This document shows positions 46,260 through 54,414 of a stretch of DNA of 64,000 nt, piece after piece. This stretch comes from Sedimentisphaerales bacterium. GTDB taxonomy: Bacteria > Planctomycetota > Phycisphaerae > Sedimentisphaerales > Anaerobacaceae. The stretch covers positions 736,001 to 800,000 of the forward strand of contig JAXGYC010000007.1 in NCBI GenBank assembly GCA_040772485.1, read 5' to 3'. The position numbers and the translations under genes are program-made. Below the pieces are notes generated by a model. The model did not search any database. It worked only from the letters and a program-made list of their open reading frames with translations, and had not been told where the DNA came from. Position 1 is the first letter of the stretch. The number at the start of each line of letters is the position of its first letter.

Positions 46260-47066
46260 ATGGACGTTGCCGGAAAACGTGGCTTCACCTTGATCGAGCT
46301 GCTGGTCGTCGTCGCGATCATCGCCCTGCTGATCGCCATTCTCATGCCGGCCCTGCAAAGGGCCAGGGAGCAGGCCCGGGCCGTGATCTGCCTGCACAAC
46401 CTGCGCCAGTGGGGCCTGGCCACCTCGCAGTACGCCACCGAATTCGACGGCATCCTCTGGCCGGAATCCTATCCGCTCGGCGGCGACGTGCAGACCGTCC
46501 CCGGCGACTGGATGGAGATGTTGCGCCCGTACTATGAGGATGTGGACAAGAGCCGCGTCTGCCCCTCGGCGAGCCGGCCCTCGGTCGATGACCAGAGCAC
46601 AGAGATGCGCGGGGGCATCCACCATGCCTGGGGCCGGCCCCGCCAGGCGTCCGACCCGAGTTCGCGTGACTTCATCTCCAAGGCCGATTTCTGGGGCAGC
46701 TACGGCATGAACCGCTGGATCACCGATCCGGTGGAGAAGGACCAGCGGTACTGGAAATATGCCTTCGAGCGAAACACCGAGGGGATCCCGGTCTTTGTCG
46801 ACTGCATCCACTGGCACCTGCGGCCCCAGGACACCGACCGGCTGCCGAGCCAGCCGCTGGTGGTCTTCAGCGACTTTCCCGAGAACGGTCAAGGCGGCAC
46901 CCAGATCTGGCGCACTTTCCTTGAACGCCACAATCACGCCACCCAGGCCAGCTTCCTCGACGGCTCCGCGCGCAAAATCCCCCTTTGGGATCTCTGGAAC
47001 CAGCGCTGGCACCGCGAGTTCCGCCGACAGGAGTACCATCGCTCCGACTTCGCATTCCTGCGGTGA
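46260..47066 (+). CDS. Prepilin-type N-terminal cleavage/methylation protein with H-X9-DG motif
   Basis: [34 protein letters not shown]...[23 protein letters not shown]. Confidence 0.9.
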   Translation: MDVAGKRGFTLIELLVVVAIIALLIAILMPALQRAREQARAVICLHNLRQWGLATSQYATEFDGILWPESYPLGGDVQTVPGDWMEMLRPYYEDVDKSRVCPSASRPSVDDQSTEMRGGIHHAWGRPRQASDPSSRDFISKADFWGSYGMNRWITDPVEKDQRYWKYAFERNTEGIPVFVDCIHWHLRPQDTDRLPSQPLVVFSDFPENGQGGTQIWRTFLERHNHATQASFLDGSARKIPLWDLWNQRWHREFRRQEYHRSDFAFLR

Positions 47067-47096
47067 TCGGCCCAGCCGGCGCGCCGAGACCGCGAT

Positions 47097-47411
47097 TCAC
47101 CGTCGGATCTCGTCCAGATGCTCCAAGGCCTGAATGCCACGGTCTTCGTCGACGTGCTTGACGCGGACGTACAGGTGATTGCGGTGGTGCCAAAGGATTC
47201 TGGCGGCCTCGTCCAGGCTGTGGTGCGTCACGAGTCTTCGCGGGTCGGACCACTGCGATTCGCAGCAGTCGCACTGGCCGCGGTGCCGGTCGTACCACCA
47301 GAGCTGGAACCCGCCGAAACCGCGAAACTGGTCCCCCTTGATGCCGAAGACGTGCTCGGCATAGAGCAACTGCTTGATGTGCGTCTTGTCTTTGACCTCG
47401 ATCGGCTTCAT
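47097..47411 (-). CDS. Hypothetical 104-aa protein
   Basis: MKPIEVKDK...LWWYDRHRGQCDCCESQW...; protein-like composition and an upstream sigma70-like promoter. Confidence 0.6.
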   Translation of the reverse strand: MKPIEVKDKTHIKQLLYAEHVFGIKGDQFRGFGGFQLWWYDRHRGQCDCCESQWSDPRRLVTHHSLDEAARILWHHRNHLYVRVKHVDEDRGIQALEHLDEIRR

Positions 47412-47488
47412 CGCTCTGGCCCGCCCAAGTAACGCTCCCCTCAGACAGCCCAAGAATCGAAGCAGGATCACATCGAAGTTCGGCAGTC

Positions 47489-47517
47489 ATCGTATCGCCC
47501 TTGTGCCCGAGAGTCAA
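47489..47517 (-). promoter_or_regulatory. sigma70-like promoter of the 104-aa gene
   Basis: TTGACT-N17-TACGAT, 12 bp from the IS end. Confidence 0.6.
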
Positions 47518-47529
47518 TCCTGTCTCATC

Positions 47530-48727
47530 CTGAGTCATCCCCAGTTTTGACCGAGGAGTTCGTGCTTCAAGCGGCGCAAGAGATACTGGCAGGTGGGGAG
47601 AGGGCAGGTTTGCATGAACAGGCCGATGGTGAAGAGACTGCATTCGCCCGTCCGGTTGTTGGAGCACCACCGGCCGGGGCGGAATCGTTCGGAGGCGTAC
47701 AGGCCGACCGTCACCAGGAGCAGATACGCCAAGGCCAGAATAAGCAGAAACCGACTCAAACGCTGGGAATCCTTGATCTGGATCAAACGCAGAGCAAACC
47801 CATTGCGTTTGTTTTTCACGTCACGAAAGTACTCTTCAATGCTCATCCGCCGCGCAAAGACCTTGGACAAGACTTGGGCGCGAAGGTGCTCTTCGTCCGT
47901 CATCAGATACCAGGGTTCCGACTGATCCGGCAGCCAAACCACAGCCACGTCCTGCACGACGGGCCGCTCTTTGCGATACGAGACGTGGCGTAGCAGGTGT
48001 CTCTGGCCCCGATGGATCGGGTAATCCGCCAGGCGACCGGTGAACCGCGAACTGCTCACCCACACCGACGGCTGGATGCGGATGATGTAATGGAACTTCA
48101 GTTCCTGGCACACGCGGGCCATCTCCGTTCGACCGAACCCCCGATCGGCGAGAAGCGTCACCCGGACCGAAGCGGCCACCATGGTGTGAAACAGACGCAG
48201 CAACCCGTATTCCAGATTGTTCTGCGAGCGATAGACCTCCTCGTAACGGTACACCGCCCACAGCAAAGGCAAGGCCCGGCCTCGCAGACGAGCCGCCAGG
48301 ACCAGGCACTGAAAGTGGCGGATATCCACCCAATCGAGGCTCACCAGCAGCTTTTTTCGGGGTTGGGCGAGCCACTGGACCACGCCCCGCATCGCTTCGC
48401 TCGGCTCGACCCGAGTGTTTCCTACAAAGCGGTCGACCCGCTTGATCCCCTGCTTGGCGGCCAGCGCCGATTGCCCCGCCAATGCCCGTCCCAGTTGGGC
48501 CAGCGAGGCCCGCACCACGATCATCGCCGCCGGAACCAAGACGCTCAAGGTTTTGGCCTGCGAGAGCCGAAGACAAGAGCATACCGAACGTACAAAATCC
48601 GAAATCTCCTGGCGTTTCATGGTCGACTCCTTTCGATCGAGTTGGCATTGTGATTTCTTTCACCAACTCTCATCGTCAAAGAGTCGACCTTTTCATTGGG
48701 CCCTACCTTAAACTGGGGATGATTCAG
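47530..48727 (-). mobile_element. IS4-family (IS10-like) insertion sequence, copy 2, 1198 bp
   Basis: Same inverted repeats as copy 1, opposite orientation; 9-bp target duplication tgtctcatc at 47521-47529 and 48728-48736. Confidence 0.95.
47535..48620 (-). CDS. IS4-family DDE transposase
   Basis: 361 aa, identical in the ORF track to 2604-3689. Confidence 0.93.
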   Translation of the reverse strand: MKRQEISDFVRSVCSCLRLSQAKTLSVLVPAAMIVVRASLAQLGRALAGQSALAAKQGIKRVDRFVGNTRVEPSEAMRGVVQWLAQPRKKLLVSLDWVDIRHFQCLVLAARLRGRALPLLWAVYRYEEVYRSQNNLEYGLLRLFHTMVAASVRVTLLADRGFGRTEMARVCQELKFHYIIRIQPSVWVSSSRFTGRLADYPIHRGQRHLLRHVSYRKERPVVQDVAVVWLPDQSEPWYLMTDEEHLRAQVLSKVFARRMSIEEYFRDVKNKRNGFALRLIQIKDSQRLSRFLLILALAYLLLVTVGLYASERFRPGRWCSNNRTGECSLFTIGLFMQTCPLPTCQYLLRRLKHELLGQNWG

Positions 48728-48860
48728 TGTCTCATCCTGGTGGCTTCAGGCCAAGTGCAAATCACCCATAGCTCGGTGCAGTTTTGCCTTGTTTCTCAGC
48801 GGGATGGACTGGATAATGAGGGTGGTTGGAAGCCAAAGGCCAGGCAGCGGAGAACACGCG

Positions 48861-49265
48861 ATGAACAGAGCCATTGTGCGCATCACGATCGTCGGGGTGA
48901 TCCACCTGCTGATGTTTGAGACCCTCTGCCGGTGGTCCGTTCACTGGCGTGAGAGCAGCGAGGAGTTGGTGCGCCTGCTGCTCCTGCTGCTCTTGCTCGT
49001 CGGCCTGGTGTGGGCGACGTCCCCGGCATTCGGGAAGGTGAGCGGACGAACAAGGCGAGTCCTGTGCCGAGCTGCCCTCGTCGTGGGGCTCTTCGCCGGC
49101 CTCTATGCCGTGGACTACTTTTACTTCTGGCACATCCGCCCGAACCTCGGGCTATACGAAGAACCCGACTGGGTGGCCCAGCACCCGGGCTTTCAGAGAT
49201 CCTTGCGGGCGAGGATCGAGGCCAACATGTGGAGTCCCGCGACGAAGGCGGACACATCACTGTAG
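48861..49265 (+). CDS. Hypothetical three-TM membrane protein
   Basis: GGAGA RBS; three hydrophobic segments and a polar C-terminal tail. Confidence 0.55.
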   Translation: MNRAIVRITIVGVIHLLMFETLCRWSVHWRESSEELVRLLLLLLLLVGLVWATSPAFGKVSGRTRRVLCRAALVVGLFAGLYAVDYFYFWHIRPNLGLYEEPDWVAQHPGFQRSLRARIEANMWSPATKADTSL

Positions 49266-49317
49266 ACTCATGTCTCGTCCGCATTGGCGCCGCGCCCATC
49301 TGGTTGTGTGATCGACA

Positions 49318-50118
49318 TCAGTCCGGACGGGAACCGGTCTTCCGAGAAGATGTGCGAGCCAGTTGAACGAGGTAGCCGTAGATCGCGTTGGTGTGATTCG
49401 GGTCTTTCTCCATCATGGCTTCGGGATGCCACTGGACGAATAGCCCCAGGCCGCCGTCGGTCCGTTCGACGGCTTCGACCACACCGTCGTCGGCGCGGGC
49501 GACGGGCTTGAGCCCCTGGCCGATCCGGTCGACCGCCTGGTGGTGCGAGGAATAGACCATCGCGGTCTCGGCGCCGAGGAGTCGGGCCAGCGTGCTATCC
49601 GGTGCGATCGTCACACGATGATAGACCTTCTTGTGGTTCACATCGGTCCCGACCAGCGAGGGGATGTCCTGGATCATACTGCCGCCTGAGACGGCGTTGG
49701 TGAACTGCATGCCCAAACAGACTCCCAGGACCGGTTTGCCGCTCGCCATCCAACGGGCGATCAGCATGCTGTCAAACCGGGTCCGTCGTTCGGGAAGCAC
49801 CTCGGTGGTCTCGTGCGGCGTCTGGCCGTACATCGAAGGCGGAATGTCGCGCCCGCCGACCAGCACCAGGCCGTCCAGCTCCTCGACGTAGCAATCCACC
49901 GCCTCCTTGCTGTCGATAGGCGGCAGGACCAATGGGATGCCTCCGTTGCGAAGCACCGCCTCCACATAGGAGATGTCGACCTCGCTGACCTGACGCTTCT
50001 CGTCGTAGGCCGTCGTGATACCGATCAACGGTTTGCCCGAGACGTGGGTGCGAGCGTTCCGACACCCGGGGGCACATACCCATACGACCAACAGCAGTAT
50101 GACAGCAACTTTCTTCAT
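49318..50118 (-). CDS. Peptidase C26 / gamma-glutamyl hydrolase-like (class I glutamine amidotransferase fold), probable lipoprotein
   Basis: PLIGIT, LVGGRDI, GVCLGMQ (catalytic Cys), SSHHQAV, QWHPE; N-terminal hydrophobic signal ending APG-C. Confidence 0.88.
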   Translation of the reverse strand: MKKVAVILLLVVWVCAPGCRNARTHVSGKPLIGITTAYDEKRQVSEVDISYVEAVLRNGGIPLVLPPIDSKEAVDCYVEELDGLVLVGGRDIPPSMYGQTPHETTEVLPERRTRFDSMLIARWMASGKPVLGVCLGMQFTNAVSGGSMIQDIPSLVGTDVNHKKVYHRVTIAPDSTLARLLGAETAMVYSSHHQAVDRIGQGLKPVARADDGVVEAVERTDGGLGLFVQWHPEAMMEKDPNHTNAIYGYLVQLARTSSRKTGSRPD

Positions 50119-50152
50119 AGACCTGCCTCAAACCTGTCAAATGGGGTCAACA

Positions 50153-52768
50153 TTACAGCGATTCGGCGACGGCCTCGACACGGCGCCACAGACGCAGCAG
50201 GTTGCCGCCCCAAATCTTGCGGATGTCTTCGTCGCAGTAGCCCCGGCGGACCAGTTCCACCGTGACGTTCAGCGCCTGGGCGTGGTTGGCAAATCCGCTG
50301 ACGGCCCCGCCGCCGTCGAAATCCGTTCCGATGCCGACGTGGTCGATGCCCGCGACTCGGACTGCGTGATCGATGTGATCGACATAGTCCTGGACGGTCG
50401 CGATGGGAACCGTTTCGGCCAACTCCTCGTAGCGCCGGTAGTACTCCTTCAGCCGGGGTCTCATCGCTGCACGCCGTTCCGTGGACCACTTCTGTCGTTC
50501 GGCATACGGTGGAATGCCCAACTCATCGCGGAGCCGGCGAACGGCTTCTTTGCGTTCAGGTGTTTCCGGCTTCAGGTAGGCGTCGAGAGCAACGATCTGA
50601 ATCACGCCGCCGTTGTCACGCAAGGCCCGGAGCTGCTCATCGGTGAGATTGCGCTCCTGTGGATGGACGGCCGAGCAGCCCGAGTGCGACACCAGGATCG
50701 GAGCTCGCGTCACTGCCAGCAGGTCAAAGAACGCCTTCTCCGAGATATGCGAAGCATCGCACATCATGCCCAGCTCATTCATGCGCTGGACCACGCGTTT
50801 GCCAAATGGCGACAAGCCGTTGTGCATTGGGTTCGGCTCGCTCGACGAATCGCATATCTGGTTGTGCTCCGTGTGACACAGCGTGACGTACCGGGTCCCT
50901 CGGTCGTAGTATTGGCGCAGCAGGTCAAGGTTTTCGGCGATGGGGAAGCCGTTCTCGATGCCGATCATGATCGCCTTCCTGCCGGTCGCAACGATCCGCT
51001 CTGCCTCGTCGGGACACGTCGCCAGGGCGCAGCGGTCCGGATACATGCTCTGCGTCAGTCGCTCGATCGCCGCGAACTTGCTGTCAGCCATCCTCTGCGC
51101 TTCGGCATACGTCTGAGCGTTCAACTCGGATGCCTGCCGGACGTACACCGCCAGGAAAACGCCGTCGACGCCTCCTTTAGCCATCTTGACAAGGTCACAT
51201 CTGAGCTGAGGATTGTCGACGCCCGGATCGAGGTCGGCCGTCGCGTACTGCTCATCGGCGATGTCCACGTGCGAGTCCAGGGTAATAGCGGCCTCGTGGA
51301 TCGTCCTGGCCCGAGCGATGATCAGCTCGTCAGTCGTTGGTTGCCTCAGCGCTGCGTCCATCCCTTCCAGCGCCGAGAGATAGAGCCCGTAGGAGAAATT
51401 GGTCAGCAGTTCACCTGCGCCGATTCGGTCGGTCTCATGGAGCCGCCGGGCAGCGTCTTCCAGGGGCTTCTGCATCGCGACCGCGCGGCTCTCGATCCGC
51501 TCGGCGCGGTTCCTGGCGGCCGCGACAAGGGCCGGCCCCTGCCGTTCGGCCTTGCCGCGGACGTTCGAGAACACCCAGAAGGCCTCGCGCGGATCGGGGA
51601 CGAACGGAGCGCCGACCTTGCGGTCGTAGACGCCGCTCGTCGGCTGTTCCGGCTGCGTGCGAAAACCGGCCGGGAAGTCCGTGATGCCAAAGTGAAACGG
51701 CAGATAGACCGAGGTTCGTGGCTCGGCCAGACAGACCCAATAGACGAGACCAACGTCGAGCGGCGGCTCACGGCGCAATTGCGCGACGAAGCTGGTCTGC
51801 GTCGCGCCGCTGCACAGCGCACAGCCGAAACCCGAAGCCGGCGATGGTTCCGGCGGGTTCCCCTCATCATGGCGAAGGATCTCCATAATATCCGTTACGC
51901 CGAGCTTGCGCTTGGGTGCTACGGAGAACGGTAGGTCGAAACCCGGTGCAATCTCCTGGCTCGCGACATACCTCAGTCCGGCCCACTGCCGGCCCGCGTT
52001 GTTCGGGTGAGAGGCCGACGCAGGATCGGCATAGACGGCGGCAAAGTCGAACGGCCCGTCCTTCTGTGGATCATACCACCGGCGCTCGATCGCGTACGTG
52101 ACGATGTCCTTCGACGCCAGTACGTTGTCTTCGTCCGCGAGATCGACCTGGCGGATTATGTACGTATTGGCAACCATCGCCACTTCGTTGTCGGGGACCC
52201 GCCTCGCGAGCCAATGCTTGCCTTGGACAGCGCAGAATAGCCAGCCCTCGTTCGGGTCGGCAATGATGTACGTCCGTCCTGAAGCGACATAGCCGAACCG
52301 CTCCACCAGCCGGCCGGCCAGCAGAACGCCCTCCCGCGCCGAGCGTGCCCGCTGCGCGATCAGCCTTCGCAGCATCCAGCCGATACCGCCGTCGGTGATT
52401 TTGGGCCGGTCCTCACGCGAGGGGCAACCGTCCGATGTGACGGTCACGCCCCATTCGTTGACGCAGGTGTCGGAGTAGAGCATGCCGGGCATTTCGGACC
52501 ACAGGTAGGCCCAGGTCTGCTCGACCTGCTCCAGCACACCGCCGTTGCGGAGCACCACCGTGGCCCCCGGCCCATGCATCTGCCTGGGCACCTTGTAGTG
52601 GTTGACCACCTGCGGCGGGTAGTCGTCCTCATTGTGACCCACCACCACGCAGCCGTCGGTTGACGCGTCTTTGCCCACGACGATGGAGAAACACGCCTCG
52701 CACGGCAGCGCTGACAGCGCCAGCATCACCATGGCAATCAGGATGAGGCCTTTGCACTTGGCAACCAT
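50153..52768 (-). CDS. Secreted fusion of a C69 dipeptidase and an M19 membrane dipeptidase
   Basis: Signal peptide, then CFSIVVGKDASTDG...GHNED and VNEWGV (C69). C-terminal half has LDSHVD, GIENG, DASH, SHS, HIDH, GIGTDFDG, WGGNLLR (M19). Confidence 0.88.
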   Translation of the reverse strand: MVAKCKGLILIAMVMLALSALPCEACFSIVVGKDASTDGCVVVGHNEDDYPPQVVNHYKVPRQMHGPGATVVLRNGGVLEQVEQTWAYLWSEMPGMLYSDTCVNEWGVTVTSDGCPSREDRPKITDGGIGWMLRRLIAQRARSAREGVLLAGRLVERFGYVASGRTYIIADPNEGWLFCAVQGKHWLARRVPDNEVAMVANTYIIRQVDLADEDNVLASKDIVTYAIERRWYDPQKDGPFDFAAVYADPASASHPNNAGRQWAGLRYVASQEIAPGFDLPFSVAPKRKLGVTDIMEILRHDEGNPPEPSPASGFGCALCSGATQTSFVAQLRREPPLDVGLVYWVCLAEPRTSVYLPFHFGITDFPAGFRTQPEQPTSGVYDRKVGAPFVPDPREAFWVFSNVRGKAERQGPALVAAARNRAERIESRAVAMQKPLEDAARRLHETDRIGAGELLTNFSYGLYLSALEGMDAALRQPTTDELIIARARTIHEAAITLDSHVDIADEQYATADLDPGVDNPQLRCDLVKMAKGGVDGVFLAVYVRQASELNAQTYAEAQRMADSKFAAIERLTQSMYPDRCALATCPDEAERIVATGRKAIMIGIENGFPIAENLDLLRQYYDRGTRYVTLCHTEHNQICDSSSEPNPMHNGLSPFGKRVVQRMNELGMMCDASHISEKAFFDLLAVTRAPILVSHSGCSAVHPQERNLTDEQLRALRDNGGVIQIVALDAYLKPETPERKEAVRRLRDELGIPPYAERQKWSTERRAAMRPRLKEYYRRYEELAETVPIATVQDYVDHIDHAVRVAGIDHVGIGTDFDGGGAVSGFANHAQALNVTVELVRRGYCDEDIRKIWGGNLLRLWRRVEAVAESL

Positions 52769-52805
52769 GTTCACGACCTCCCGTTTCCGATGGGACCGAT
52801 AGGAT

Positions 52806-54077
52806 TCACTCTCCCGCCGGCGCACGGCGAACCTGATTCTCCGTGGAGGCCACCACGACGGCGCAGACGGCGTCCCCAGTGACGTTCACCACGGTGCGGC
52901 ACATATCCAGAATGCGATCGACGCCCAGAATGATCCCGATCCCCTCCAAAGGCACACCGATGCTGCCTAACACGATTGCCAGGGTCACGATGCCGGCGCC
53001 GGGCGTGCCAGCCGTACCGATCGACGCCAGCGTGGCCGTCAGCACGATCGTCACCTGCTGGGCCAGACTCAGGTCCATCCCGTAGAGCTGGGCCAAAAAG
53101 ACGGCTGCAACCCCCTGGTAAAGCGACGTGCCGTCCATGTTGACGGTCGCCCCCAGAGGCAGGGTGAAGCTGCAAATGTGGCGCGGCACTCCCAGGTTCT
53201 CCACAGCGCACTCGATCGTCACGGGCAGCGTGGCCGAGCTCGAAGCGGAGCTGAAGGCAATCAACTGGGCCGGACGGACGCCTCGAAAGAACTGACCCAT
53301 TCCAACCCTGCTGAACAACCTCAGAGCCAGAGAGTACACCAGCAGCATGTGCAGAAGAAGCCCGGCCACAACCACAGCGCTGTACTTGGCCAGCACCAAG
53401 AGGATGTGCAGACCGAAGTCGGTGACAACCGCCGCGATCAGAGCGAACACGCCGAGCGGCGCGACCTTCATGATCAGGTGCACCATCATCACCATGGCGT
53501 CGTTGACGGCCTCGAAGAAGCGAACTGCCGGCCCGCCCCGCTCGGCGCCGATCAGCGTCAGGCAGACGCCGGTCAGCAACGCGAAGAAGATGATCGGAAG
53601 CATCTGCCCTTCTGCAAAGGCCCGGATCGGATTCGTCGGGATGATGTTCAGCAGAACGTCTTTGATCGAGGCCGATTCGCGAGGCGCCTCGCCGGCGGCG
53701 TCCTGCTGTGCGGCCCCTTCGATCAGCCTGCTCTTGGCGTTCTCCGACAGACCCGACCCCGGCTGCACGAGGTTGGCCAGCAGCAATCCAATGCTGATGG
53801 CAACAACGGTCGTGCAGAGGTAGAAACCAATAGTCTTGGCCCCAATACGTCCCAGGCTGCGGACGTCGCCCAGGCTCGTGGTCCCAACCACCAGCGAGGC
53901 GAACACCAGCGGCACGATCACCATGCCGATCAGCCGCACGAAGGCCGTCCCCACCGGTTGGACGTACGTCGCGACGAAGGAAGCCAAATCCAGGCGGTTC
54001 GCCAGCAGACCGAATCCTGCCCCGACGACCATCGCCAGCAGGATCTTCGTATGCAGTTGTAGCTTGGGCATCGCCAT
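52806..54077 (-). CDS. Dicarboxylate/amino acid:cation symporter (DAACS, GltP-like)
   Basis: FSSASSSATLP, LPLGATVNMDGT, GTAGTPG, DRILDMCRTVVNVTGD. Confidence 0.92.
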   Translation of the reverse strand: MAMPKLQLHTKILLAMVVGAGFGLLANRLDLASFVATYVQPVGTAFVRLIGMVIVPLVFASLVVGTTSLGDVRSLGRIGAKTIGFYLCTTVVAISIGLLLANLVQPGSGLSENAKSRLIEGAAQQDAAGEAPRESASIKDVLLNIIPTNPIRAFAEGQMLPIIFFALLTGVCLTLIGAERGGPAVRFFEAVNDAMVMMVHLIMKVAPLGVFALIAAVVTDFGLHILLVLAKYSAVVVAGLLLHMLLVYSLALRLFSRVGMGQFFRGVRPAQLIAFSSASSSATLPVTIECAVENLGVPRHICSFTLPLGATVNMDGTSLYQGVAAVFLAQLYGMDLSLAQQVTIVLTATLASIGTAGTPGAGIVTLAIVLGSIGVPLEGIGIILGVDRILDMCRTVVNVTGDAVCAVVVASTENQVRRAPAGE

Positions 54078-54113
54078 CCGAGCTTTCCGCCAGAGATTCC
54101 GGCATCTGCCCAG

Positions 54114-54142
54114 ATCATAGCCCCGCCCGCCTCCCCCGTCAA
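54114..54142 (-). promoter_or_regulatory. sigma70-like promoter of the symporter-peptidase operon
   Basis: TTGACG-N17-TATGAT. Confidence 0.62.
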
Positions 54143-54414
54143 AGAAGAACCCTCGTCACTGGCATATCATGTCTCGGCCGACCGTGCGACAGCCCTGCCG
54201 TCGCGGTCAGGGTCCGCTGGTGTCGCGACCCCTGCGTTCGCCATTGAGGTTGTCACGCGGCGTTGTACAGACTGATGATCTGTGATGGATTCCCTTTGAG
54301 ACACCCGACGGGAGCATGGTAGAATGTGGCCACGGATAGAGGGCGACGGGCAGGTTCGGGACCTGCGTGACAGCCTGGCTCAAGACAAGAAAGAGGACGA
54401 GAAGGAGGCAGAGA

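Noticed and set aside
2497..48727. Whole segment as an already transposed composite transposon
   Set aside because: Each IS has its own separate target duplication, the outer flanks do not match, and the interior includes housekeeping genes (argH, thiL, tsaE); two independent insertions explain it.
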